A stretch of DNA of 64,000 nucleotides, taken from contig JALRAP010000003.1 in assembly GCA_023262505.1 (NCBI GenBank), positions 3,420-67,419 of the forward strand, in the 5' to 3' direction. The stretch's first letter is position 1, and every line of letters starts with the position of its first letter. Below the pieces are notes generated by a model, which worked only from the letters and a program-made list of their open reading frames with translations, was not told the origin of the DNA and did no database searches. Origin of the DNA: Bacteroidia bacterium (GTDB lineage Bacteria; Bacteroidota; Bacteroidia; AKYH767-A; OLB10). Below are positions 29,716 to 39,001 of this stretch, one piece after another. A program made the position numbers and the translations under genes.

Positions 29716-30506
29716 CACGCTTCCAGAACAAGGTTGCCTTGGTTTCCGGTGGACGCAGCGGCATTGGCTTTGCCATTGCAAAGCGATTGTTGCAAGAAGG
29801 CGCAACGGTATTCATCACAAGCCGCAAACAGGAATTGTTGGAGGCTGCCGCCAATGAACTATCCGCCTTCGGAAGTTGTTACGCTTACGCATGCGACATC
29901 CGCGAAAGCGAGCAAATAAAATCATTGATGGAGTTTATGAAGGCCAAAGCAGGTCGATTGGATGTTTTAGTGAATAATGCAGGCGGGCAATTTCCCGTGT
30001 TGGCCGAGTATCTCAACGACAAAGGATGGAATGCGGTCATCAACAACAATCTCAATGGAACATTTTTCATGACCAGGGAAGCAGCCAACGCATTCTTCAT
30101 TCCACAACTATCAGGGTCTATAGTGAATATAACGGCCAGCGTTGGCAGAGGCGCTCCAGGCATGGTTCATACGGGTGCAGCACGGGCAGGAGTTGAAAAC
30201 ATGACCAAGACGCTTGCATTGGAATGGAGCGGTTTCAAAATTCGGATAAACTGCATCGCACCAGGCATCATCGATTCGGATGGATTGAAAACCTATGGCG
30301 ATGAGATCCGCGAGAAAATGAATCAAGCTGCCGAGGCCGTTCCAATGAAACGTTTAGGCACTCCTGAAGAAGTTGCAGCTGCTGTTTGTTTCATCGCCTC
30401 TGATGAGGCCTCCTACATCAGCGGAGTAACACTAGCTGTTGATGGAGCGCAGCAACTTGACTTCAGACAAACCGGTTTATCTGATCTTTTACGGTCATAC
30501 CTATAA
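29712..30506 (+). CDS. SDR oxidoreductase, PECR/DECR-like enoyl-CoA reductase subfamily
   Basis: Cofactor loop SGGRSGIGFAI. The unusual active-site segment VHTGAARAGVENMTKTLALEW matches the HSGAARAGV motif I recall from trans-2-enoyl-CoA reductases. Confidence 0.8.
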   Translation: MTRFQNKVALVSGGRSGIGFAIAKRLLQEGATVFITSRKQELLEAAANELSAFGSCYAYACDIRESEQIKSLMEFMKAKAGRLDVLVNNAGGQFPVLAEYLNDKGWNAVINNNLNGTFFMTREAANAFFIPQLSGSIVNITASVGRGAPGMVHTGAARAGVENMTKTLALEWSGFKIRINCIAPGIIDSDGLKTYGDEIREKMNQAAEAVPMKRLGTPEEVAAAVCFIASDEASYISGVTLAVDGAQQLDFRQTGLSDLLRSYL

Positions 30507-30512
30507 TCAGCA

Positions 30513-32162
30513 TTGAAAGCGCCGATAGAAAATTTTTACGACTGGGTTCAGTGGACGCCCGATGCCCCTTTCCTCAGGCAGCCGTACGGTAACACTTGGA
30601 AGGTTTATACTTACCGCGAAGCTTTCGATGAAGCAGCTTCAGTCGCAACTTCGATGCTTGACCGGGGATTGAATAAGGGTGACCATGTAGCCATCCTTTC
30701 CCGCAATTGCTGCCATTGGATTTTGGCCGACATCGCCATCATGATGGCTGGCATGGTATCAGTGCCACTCTATCCAACCTTGCCTCCCGATCAAATCCGC
30801 GATATATTGGCACATGCCGATGCGAAAGCGTTGTTTGCTGGCAAAATTGAAAAGTGGGATAGTGCTTCACTTCCCCAAGGTGTTCAACTGTTCCAATTCC
30901 CCCAATACGCAGGATGTGCAGCGGTTGATTCTGGAATTTCTTGGGATGATTTGATAGCTTCGTCTTCATCGGCGTTCACGCCCCATGTTCCCTCGCTGGA
31001 CGAGCTTTGGACTATCCTATACACTTCAGGAACCACAGGCAAACCCAAAGGGGTTATGCATACGTACCGTTGCCCGGCAACCATATTCGATCTTGAAATG
31101 CGTTACGGAACCATGGGCATGGCCAGGCTTGGGCAGTATCGGTTTTTTTCATTCTTGCCACTCAATCATGTCGCCGAACGCATCGCTATTGAAATGAATG
31201 GCATGGTAATGGGCGGCTCCATTTCATTTGCCGAGAATATCGACACCTTCATTCAGAACATCGTTTCCGTACAACCTACCTTTTTCTTTGCTGTTCCGCG
31301 AATCTGGATGAAATTCCAATCCGGTGTATTGGAAAAAGCCGGAGAGCAAAAATTGAAATTTCTTTTGTCGCTTCCTATTGTTGGTTCTCTCGTCAGAAAA
31401 CGCATCCGGCATGCATTAGGACTTTCAAGTGCGAGCATCACGCTTACCGGTGCAGCCATCACGCCGCAACCTGTCAAGGAGTGGTTCCGTCGTTTGGGGA
31501 TTCAGCTTCGGGAGGTTTACGGTATGACAGAAGCGTGTGGTCCCGTTTCTCTTACCCCTTTCGGGGGATGGAGCGTAGGCGATGTAGGCCGTGCATTACC
31601 AGGTACGGATGTGCGCGTGGATGAAGGCAGTGGAGAAATCATTTTCAGAAGCCCGCATTTGATGTCGGGTTACTACAAGGATACGATAGCCACCTCCGAA
31701 ATGATGCAAGATGGTTGGATTTACAGCGGTGACCGTGGCAGGAAGGATGATCATGGGAACCTTTTTGTGTTGGGTAGGATCAAGGATGTTTTCAAAACAT
31801 CCAAGGGCGTGTTTGTGGCTCCTGATCCAATCGAGGAGGAGTTATCCAAGAACCCGATTATAGCTCAGGTGTGCGTTTCCGGTTTGGGATTGCCTCAGCC
31901 CATCGCATTGGTGAATATCGCGAATCACGATTTGGATGCAAATGGATTGCAGTCAGCATTGGAAAGCCATTTGAAGGAGGTGAACCTACGACTTTCGAGT
32001 CATGAGAAAATCTCCAATTTGGTTATTTGCAAAGACACTTGGTCGGAGGCGAATCATCTTTTAACGCCAACCTTGAAAACCCGCCGCGTTGCCATCAATG
32101 ATCGATATGGTGCAAGGTTTTCTGATTGGCAAAAAAGCGGACAAAGCATTATCTGGGAATGA
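30513..32162 (+). CDS. AMP-dependent (long-chain) acyl-CoA synthetase
   Basis: YTSGTTGKPKGV AMP-binding motif and GWIYSGDRG. TTG start. Confidence 0.85.
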   Translation: MKAPIENFYDWVQWTPDAPFLRQPYGNTWKVYTYREAFDEAASVATSMLDRGLNKGDHVAILSRNCCHWILADIAIMMAGMVSVPLYPTLPPDQIRDILAHADAKALFAGKIEKWDSASLPQGVQLFQFPQYAGCAAVDSGISWDDLIASSSSAFTPHVPSLDELWTILYTSGTTGKPKGVMHTYRCPATIFDLEMRYGTMGMARLGQYRFFSFLPLNHVAERIAIEMNGMVMGGSISFAENIDTFIQNIVSVQPTFFFAVPRIWMKFQSGVLEKAGEQKLKFLLSLPIVGSLVRKRIRHALGLSSASITLTGAAITPQPVKEWFRRLGIQLREVYGMTEACGPVSLTPFGGWSVGDVGRALPGTDVRVDEGSGEIIFRSPHLMSGYYKDTIATSEMMQDGWIYSGDRGRKDDHGNLFVLGRIKDVFKTSKGVFVAPDPIEEELSKNPIIAQVCVSGLGLPQPIALVNIANHDLDANGLQSALESHLKEVNLRLSSHEKISNLVICKDTWSEANHLLTPTLKTRRVAINDRYGARFSDWQKSGQSIIWE

Positions 32163-33598
32163 AAACAACAATGATTCAACGTACACCTTCTGAAGAAATA
32201 TCGCGGATTTTTCAATTGCAGTCGGCGCATTCCAATCTAATGCGTTTGCGCACCACTAATGCCAGCGAAAGATTGCGGAAAGTTCGTACTGTGAAATCCT
32301 ATTTGCTGCGCAAGGAAAACATTGAAATGCTTTGCAAAGCGCTGCATGCTGATTTAAGGAAATCCCACTCAGAGACTGAGGCCAATGAATTGGCTCCTGT
32401 TCTTTTGGTTATCAAACATATTGAAGACAACCTCCGTAAATGGATGTCGGATCGCAAAGTGGAGACGCCATTGGCCATGTCTGGACTCTCTTCACATGTG
32501 CGATACGAATCGAAAGGTGCGGTGCTGGTGATAGCCCCATGGAATTATCCGTTTCAGCTGGTGCTGGTTCCGTATTTGCATGCCATGGTTGCGGGCAATG
32601 CCGTAATGGTAAAGCCTTCCGAATACGTACCGGCCACATCCGCATTCCTCGAATCGATGTTCAAGGAACTTTTTGATGAGAGCGAAGTCGCCTTTGCGTT
32701 CGGAGAGGCCGATGTCGCACAGGAAGTTTTGAACCTTCCATTCCATCATATATTTTTCACGGGTAGTCCAAGCGTGGGCAAATTAGTGATGCAGGCTGCT
32801 GCTCGCAATCTGACTTCCGTTACGTTGGAGCTTGGAGGGAAATCGCCGGTGGTTATACACGAGTCATATGACATCCGTGTAGCAGCCAAAAAAATCGCTT
32901 GGGCAAAAACCATGAATTGCGGACAAACCTGCATTGCCCCTGATTATGTGCTTTTGCCGGAGGGCAGCGAAAAAAGGTTTGCAGAAGAGTTTGCAAAAGC
33001 TGTTGCAGAATTCTACAATCCAAGCGGTGGCGGCATTGCTGCTTCAACCGATTATTCGCGGATCATCAACCGCAAGAATCTGATACGATTGAAGAACTTG
33101 ATGGAGCAAGATCTGGAGGCAGGTGCGCAATTGCTCTATGGTGGTGCCATGGACGAGGATGACTTGTTCATCGAGCCTACTTTGTTGTGTAATATGACGC
33201 CATCCATGGGATTGATGCAACAGGAGATCTTCGGACCGATTCTTCCTGTGTGCACTTACAAGAGAATGGATGATGCCCTACATACAATCAACGGACTCGA
33301 ACGGCCTTTGGCTTTGTATATTCTTTCCAACGATAGCAAAGCCATAAAACATATGTTGATTAATACCACCTCAGGGGGTGTTGGCATCAATGAATTGATG
33401 GTTACATCCGTCAATCCGGCACTTCCTTTTGGCGGTGTCAATCATTCCGGTATCGGAAGATCAAACGGTTTGGCCGGATTCATTTCATTCTCCAATGAGC
33501 GCGGTGTTGTTCGTAGGAGATGGGGTACATTCGCACCCATATACCCACCGTATAAACCATGGCTCATTTCATTGCTAAGAAAGCTCACGCGGTTTTGA
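32159..33598 (+). CDS. aldehyde dehydrogenase (class-3/fatty-aldehyde-like)
   Basis: FTGS, ELGGKSP, catalytic CGQTCIAPDY, EIFGPILP. ATG 32159 overlaps the upstream stop (ATGA). Confidence 0.9.
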   Translation: MKTTMIQRTPSEEISRIFQLQSAHSNLMRLRTTNASERLRKVRTVKSYLLRKENIEMLCKALHADLRKSHSETEANELAPVLLVIKHIEDNLRKWMSDRKVETPLAMSGLSSHVRYESKGAVLVIAPWNYPFQLVLVPYLHAMVAGNAVMVKPSEYVPATSAFLESMFKELFDESEVAFAFGEADVAQEVLNLPFHHIFFTGSPSVGKLVMQAAARNLTSVTLELGGKSPVVIHESYDIRVAAKKIAWAKTMNCGQTCIAPDYVLLPEGSEKRFAEEFAKAVAEFYNPSGGGIAASTDYSRIINRKNLIRLKNLMEQDLEAGAQLLYGGAMDEDDLFIEPTLLCNMTPSMGLMQQEIFGPILPVCTYKRMDDALHTINGLERPLALYILSNDSKAIKHMLINTTSGGVGINELMVTSVNPALPFGGVNHSGIGRSNGLAGFISFSNERGVVRRRWGTFAPIYPPYKPWLISLLRKLTRF

Positions 33599-34374
33599 AG
33601 CAGGCATTAATCACCGGAGGCTCGTCGGGCATAGGTTTTGCCTTGTCAAAGCATTTTGCAAAGGCAGGTTACACGCTTCTTTGGGTTTCTGAAAACGAAT
33701 CACAACTGAGAGACGCAGCCAATGTGTTGCGGAATAATTTTCCATCCACTCGAGTGGAAACACTGTGTGTAGACTTGAACGAGCTAAATAGCTGCGATCA
33801 AGTTTACTCTTGGGCATTGGGATTTGGAGGCGTGGATGTATTGGTAAATAGTGCAGGTTTCGGGACTTATGGTAAGCTTCATGAGACCGATTTGAATGCG
33901 GAATTGCGGATGATTCGTTTGAATGTCTTTGCAACCTATAAGCTAACGCGCTTGTTTGCTGACCATATGTTGCAACGAGGAAGCGGCCGCATCGGCAACA
34001 TCGCTTCTAACTCTATCTTACAGCCAGTACCCCACATGGCCACCTATGCAGCCACCAAGTCATTTGTATACCAGTTCTCACGCTCGTTACATGAAGAATT
34101 GAGGTATACAGGTGTTGCTGTTACAACAGTAATACCGCCTGCTACACCGGGTACCGGATTTCAACAAGCTGCCAATATGGATGGGGTACGTACATTCGGT
34201 GGTCTGTTGGCCACTTCCGTGGATGAGGTGGCGCGTTTGGCCTATTCGGCCATTATGCGAGGCGATCGTATATGCTATGCCAGTCGAAAGCTGAGATGGA
34301 CACGGCCCTTGGCCGCACTATTGCCCCACAGCATTATTCAAAAGCTGATTCGTTGGGAGCTAGGTAAAGCGTAG
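33595..34374 (+). CDS. SDR family oxidoreductase
   Basis: ITGGSSGIGFAL cofactor loop and YAATK (YxxxK). TTG 33595 gives a classic M-KQALITGG N-terminus and a 4-nt overlap. The listed ATG 33559 would overlap the ALDH gene by 40 nt. Confidence 0.8.
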   Translation: MKQALITGGSSGIGFALSKHFAKAGYTLLWVSENESQLRDAANVLRNNFPSTRVETLCVDLNELNSCDQVYSWALGFGGVDVLVNSAGFGTYGKLHETDLNAELRMIRLNVFATYKLTRLFADHMLQRGSGRIGNIASNSILQPVPHMATYAATKSFVYQFSRSLHEELRYTGVAVTTVIPPATPGTGFQQAANMDGVRTFGGLLATSVDEVARLAYSAIMRGDRICYASRKLRWTRPLAALLPHSIIQKLIRWELGKA

Positions 34375-34419
34375 TATTTTTATTATATTTGCTCAAACGA
34401 CCAAATACATCAGACGATT

Positions 34420-34719
34420 ATGACCATTGAAGAACTGATGCCGAAGCTTGCTGAGAAGGCTGCTGCTAGTGCACCTATTGGCAAAACGCTCTGCTTCGAT
34501 ATGGGCAGTAAGCAATTGTACCTTGACGGTACAGGTGATACCAACAAGCTCACTTTTGAAAACAAGCCAGCTGATTGCCATATAACTGTATCTGAAACGG
34601 ATTTGGTGGCCTTGGCAACGGGTAAGCTTAACCCTATGGCTGCGGTTATGGGTGGAAAGGTCAAAATCAAAGGTGAGATGGGGGTTGCCATGAAACTGGG
34701 ATCCTTGTTCAGCGCATAA
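34420..34719 (+). CDS. SCP2 sterol/lipid-binding domain protein
   Basis: 99 aa with GKLNPMAAVMGGKVKIKGEMGVAMKL, typical of the SCP2 fold. Confidence 0.75.
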   Translation: MTIEELMPKLAEKAAASAPIGKTLCFDMGSKQLYLDGTGDTNKLTFENKPADCHITVSETDLVALATGKLNPMAAVMGGKVKIKGEMGVAMKLGSLFSA

Positions 34720-34741
34720 TCCTCTAGTATTTTCCTGATTC

Positions 34742-35842
34742 ATGGAGCAAACCGAAACATCCAACAATTCGGCGCTACCATATTTTCCCAACCTAGATGG
34801 ATTGCGATTCTTCGGCTTTTTGGTTGTTTTTTGCTCACACGGCATAATTGGCACCACAGGTTTATTTACGGAATTTAATTACCGTGCTTCCGTAGGATTA
34901 GACATGTTTTTTGTGATGTCGGCTTTTTTGATAACGTTCAGACTTATCAAAGAAAAAGAGCAATTGGGTACAATTAGCCTCAGGCGTTTTTTTTGGAGAA
35001 GAAGCCTGCGGGTTTGGCCGCTCTATTTTGCAATGGTTTTCTTCGGATACGGATTGCATGCATATTTGAAACACTTGGGGCAAAATCTAGAAGAGCTGCC
35101 TCCTATTTGGACATTTTTAACTTTTACCATGAATTTTTGGGTTGTCGAAAACGGAGAGTCATTCCTCTTTTTCATGGTCATACTTTGGTCTGTGTGTCTG
35201 GAGGAACAATTTTATTTATTGATCGGATTTTTCATGCGCTACTTGGAGCGAATGTTATTGCCTTTTTCAATTCTTTTAATAATGGGATCCATGTTGTTCC
35301 GATATACCCATCAAAAAGAATCGCTGCAAATGATGTACAACAGCATATCTCTGGCCGGTAGCTTTGGCATGGGAATTTTTGCTGCATGGACATATCAACG
35401 CTTTCAACACACTTGGGTTTCCGCATTAGGAAACAGGAAAACATTTTGGATTTTCGTCTATTTACTCTTCTTAACGAATTTCCTTCTTTATCCTGTTTTG
35501 TACGATAATAAACCATGGGGATATGTTGATAGACCCGTATTGTGGGTTTTCATGGCTGTGATTATTGTGGGACAGTGCTTGCCAATAAAGACCTTTATGC
35601 CAATGGGGGCCTACCCAGTGTTCAGGTACCTGGGGAAAATATCTTATGGACTTTATGTTTTTCATGGCGCAGTAATATCAGCATTCCTGATGCTCCCATT
35701 TGCCTTTGAACCAAATGGACTTTATCATTTGGTGTTTAGACCAATCTTGATTCTTGGAGTCACAATCCTAGTCGCCTCCAGCAGCTACAACTATTTTGAA
35801 AGACCATTCCTCAGGCTGAAGGCCCGACTTAGTGGCGTCTAA
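34742..35842 (+). CDS. acyltransferase family 3 membrane protein
   Basis: LDGLRFFGFLVVFCSH N-terminal motif and about 10 TM segments. Confidence 0.8.
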   Translation: MEQTETSNNSALPYFPNLDGLRFFGFLVVFCSHGIIGTTGLFTEFNYRASVGLDMFFVMSAFLITFRLIKEKEQLGTISLRRFFWRRSLRVWPLYFAMVFFGYGLHAYLKHLGQNLEELPPIWTFLTFTMNFWVVENGESFLFFMVILWSVCLEEQFYLLIGFFMRYLERMLLPFSILLIMGSMLFRYTHQKESLQMMYNSISLAGSFGMGIFAAWTYQRFQHTWVSALGNRKTFWIFVYLLFLTNFLLYPVLYDNKPWGYVDRPVLWVFMAVIIVGQCLPIKTFMPMGAYPVFRYLGKISYGLYVFHGAVISAFLMLPFAFEPNGLYHLVFRPILILGVTILVASSSYNYFERPFLRLKARLSGV

Positions 35843-35898
35843 CTTCCCTTTTGTATCTTTACAATCGGAATATTTGAATCTCAATAACATTTCCGCAC

Positions 35899-36684
35899 AT
35901 GCGCGTAGCCGTCCTCGACATGTACAATAACCGCCCCGGACAAGGTATCAGGGGCATACGGTCTTTGCTAGACGGCAATCCGCTTGTTAGCCATTATGAG
36001 ATTTTCAATGTAAGAGGCGCCAACCAAGTTCCCGACAACTCGTTCGATGCATACATTTCATCAGGCGGTCCTGGTAACCCTTTAGAGCAACATTATCCTT
36101 GGTACCAGCCATGGGTTGCGTTGATGGACGATTTGCTCAATAACCATCAAGGCAAGAAGCATGTGTTCCTCATTTGCCACTCATTCCAAGTGATGTGTCA
36201 TCATTTGGGAATAGCAGAGGTCAAGTTACGGAAGTCACCCGCTTTCGGCATTTTTCCGGTTCATAAATCTGAACATGGCCAAGGAGAGCCTCTCTTCAAG
36301 AATCTTGCTGATCCATTCTATGCGGTTGATTCCCGCAACTGGCAGGTTGTGCAACCCGATCCGGATAAATTGAAGTCCATCAACGCCCAAGTACTTTGCA
36401 TAGAAAAAGAACGGCCGCATGTAGACCTTGAAAGGGCTTGCATGGGTATCAGGTTCTCTGAATCATTCATTGGGTTTCAGTTCCATCCCGAGGCTGATGC
36501 GCACGGCATGATGGTTTATTTCAGGTCGCCACAGAAGAAACGCGAGGTTATCCGCGACCACGGCGAAGAAAAGTACAACGAAATGCTTCGTTTGCTGGAT
36601 GATGAACATAAGATCGTACACACATATAAGTGTATCATCCCGGCTTTCCTTCAAGCGGCCTCACAAGCTGTATCCGTACGGTGA
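35899..36684 (+). CDS. class-I glutamine amidotransferase-like protein
   Basis: Nucleophile elbow FLICHSFQ and His/Glu in FQFHPE. Confidence 0.7.
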   Translation: MRVAVLDMYNNRPGQGIRGIRSLLDGNPLVSHYEIFNVRGANQVPDNSFDAYISSGGPGNPLEQHYPWYQPWVALMDDLLNNHQGKKHVFLICHSFQVMCHHLGIAEVKLRKSPAFGIFPVHKSEHGQGEPLFKNLADPFYAVDSRNWQVVQPDPDKLKSINAQVLCIEKERPHVDLERACMGIRFSESFIGFQFHPEADAHGMMVYFRSPQKKREVIRDHGEEKYNEMLRLLDDEHKIVHTYKCIIPAFLQAASQAVSVR

Positions 36685-36693
36685 TAATTTCAG

Positions 36694-37890
36694 ATGGACA
36701 GCATAGCCCGCATCAAATTCAATAACGAATTTACAGAAGAGCGCTACCGCATTTTTTTGGATGATATCACAAAAAGTTCGGGCACCAATATACCCTTCCG
36801 TATAGCTGAAACGCCTGTATTCATATCAACGGAACTTCTGCAGATTCTTTTAAACGCAGGAAAGGAGATTATCTCGCAATTACTATTGCCAATAAATTTG
36901 GAACGAAGCCTTGAGGCGGTTCCTGATGCTTGCAAGGTACCCGGTGCCAACGGCAAGCCCACAATGTTAGCACTTGATTTTGCGCTCGTGTTTGATGAGG
37001 GAAAAAATATCGTTCCTCGTTTGATAGAGCTTCAAGGTTTCCCTTCATTGTTTTATTATCAAAATTTGTTGGCTGAGAAATACAAGGAGGCCTTTCCTGA
37101 ATTCAGTGATTGGTCGCATCTGTTCATGGAGGATGCCGTTTGGAAAGAAAAAATGAGAGAGCTAATTCTCGGAGGTCATCATCCGGAGGAAGTTGTTCTG
37201 ATGGAGTTGGATCCCCGGAATCAAAACACTTACATCGACTTCCTTGAAACAGCTCGAAATACAGGAATCGATATAGTTTGCATCAGCGAACTGTTTGTTG
37301 AAAATGGTTTCATATACAGGAACAAAAACGGTTTGAATAGGAAGGTTCATCGAATATATAACCGCGTTATTTTCGACGAGCTTCAAAAACGACCTGAACT
37401 TTTTAAAGGGTTTCATCCAACTAACCACGTGGAAGTCGAGTGGGTTTGTCACCCCGATTGGTATTTCCGAATCAGCAAGCATACACTGCCCTTTCTTCAA
37501 TCCGAATTTGTTCCACACACCATTTTTGCAAATGATCCCGCTGTGGTAGGACTTGAATTATCAGATTATGTTTTGAAGCCGCTTTATTCTTTTTCGGGAA
37601 GCGGTGTTGAATTGGAAGTGGATTCAAAAATGATATCCGAACTTGTTGATCCATCCCAATACATATTGCAAAGAAAAATCGAGTATGCTCCATGCATCCA
37701 GACACCTGATGGATATGCCAAGGTCGAGATTAGGATGATGTATGCTTGGTTCGGAAATGATGATCAGCCTTCTCCAGTCATCACATTGGCTCGACTAAGC
37801 AAAGGCGCCATGGTAGGAGTGAAGTACAACCAAAACCGCTCATGGGTAGGTAGTAGCGTTGGGCTTTGGGATGCCGCAATTTATGGCTAA
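36694..37890 (+). CDS. hypothetical protein, ATP-grasp-like (possibly circularly permuted) fold, tentative
   Basis: 398 aa. Segments IELQGFPS and YVLKPLYSFSGSGVEL resemble ATP-grasp nucleotide-binding strands. 9-nt gap after the GATase gene. Confidence 0.4.
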   Translation: MDSIARIKFNNEFTEERYRIFLDDITKSSGTNIPFRIAETPVFISTELLQILLNAGKEIISQLLLPINLERSLEAVPDACKVPGANGKPTMLALDFALVFDEGKNIVPRLIELQGFPSLFYYQNLLAEKYKEAFPEFSDWSHLFMEDAVWKEKMRELILGGHHPEEVVLMELDPRNQNTYIDFLETARNTGIDIVCISELFVENGFIYRNKNGLNRKVHRIYNRVIFDELQKRPELFKGFHPTNHVEVEWVCHPDWYFRISKHTLPFLQSEFVPHTIFANDPAVVGLELSDYVLKPLYSFSGSGVELEVDSKMISELVDPSQYILQRKIEYAPCIQTPDGYAKVEIRMMYAWFGNDDQPSPVITLARLSKGAMVGVKYNQNRSWVGSSVGLWDAAIYG

Positions 37891-37920
37891 CAATACGCTA
37901 AAGGGGTAACGGCGATTTTT

Positions 37921-38925
37921 TCAAAAGAACTTTTTGATGGCCTTGCGGATGTTTCGAAGTCTTTTCAGGTTCATCATCAAAGCCAGTCCCATTTGGAAAG
38001 GCAATAGCAGTCGGTAAAGGGCCAATTGCATAACATTCCCTCTTTCCCCTGTGAGTTCATATTCGAAATGAAGCATCAGGTCACGGTTTGCTCTTTCACA
38101 AATGGCAACCTCTGATCGGTTCAATCCGGTTTTCCATTTTCCCCTTCTGCCTTTGTCTATGCCTCGCTCCATTGATTGGTCAGCCGCATTCGAAGAGCCG
38201 ACTTTAGGAACGTCCAGCATGGATGGCTCGAAATCGATACCTAGATGTTTGCAAATACGGTTCACTAATAGCTCGGGTTGCTCGGTCAGGTCTTCGTACC
38301 GAACACACAACACCCGGTTGTCTTGTATGTGTTGAAGTGCTTCGTTGTAGGTGGATTTCCATATCCTGCTAATGGTTTCAGGATGGTAGTTGACGCGACT
38401 TCGTACCGATTCCCAAAAGGGAATATCGCCTCCGGACAGTTTCCTTCTTTTCCACTTCCCTTTTTGCGAAAGCAAAACCTCCCGCGGATCACGGACCATC
38501 AAAACCACACGCGCTGTTGGAATATGATGCAGCAAGGCATCCAAAGCAAAAACGGTTTGCGGGGTTTGTTCGCAGGGAATTGATTTTCCGTTCAGCTTCG
38601 ATTCCTTTGAGAGAAACCCAAGCAGCAGCTCCATGGATGATAACGCTGGCCCTTTTAGTTCTGACTCTGATTCCTCAGCAAACCTTTTCCAATCCCGTGG
38701 TCCAAAATATCCTTCCCGTTGAATTGACTTCAACAGCGAAAGCAGCTCTATCGACTTTTCCTTAGAAATGGGTTTCGAAGCATTTTCCGCAGTAGCTAAT
38801 TCATCGAAAAAATGGAGTTCCTGGAAGGCGAATACGGACGAATGGTTGCCCAATATACGCGACATCATAGTGGTGCCGCTACGACTACTTCCACAAACGA
38901 AAACAAACACCTTTGGGACGTCCAT
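37921..38925 (-). CDS. PAPS-dependent sulfotransferase
   Basis: 5'-PSB loop GSSRSGTTMM and 3'-PB segment MVRDPREVLLSQ. Confidence 0.8.
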   Translation of the reverse strand: MDVPKVFVFVCGSSRSGTTMMSRILGNHSSVFAFQELHFFDELATAENASKPISKEKSIELLSLLKSIQREGYFGPRDWKRFAEESESELKGPALSSMELLLGFLSKESKLNGKSIPCEQTPQTVFALDALLHHIPTARVVLMVRDPREVLLSQKGKWKRRKLSGGDIPFWESVRSRVNYHPETISRIWKSTYNEALQHIQDNRVLCVRYEDLTEQPELLVNRICKHLGIDFEPSMLDVPKVGSSNAADQSMERGIDKGRRGKWKTGLNRSEVAICERANRDLMLHFEYELTGERGNVMQLALYRLLLPFQMGLALMMNLKRLRNIRKAIKKFF

Positions 38926-39001
38926 GCTTCAAAGGTAATCAGTTGATCTCATGCTTAAACAACGAACATGGTTATATTTGCATAAACCCGAAACACCATC
39001 C

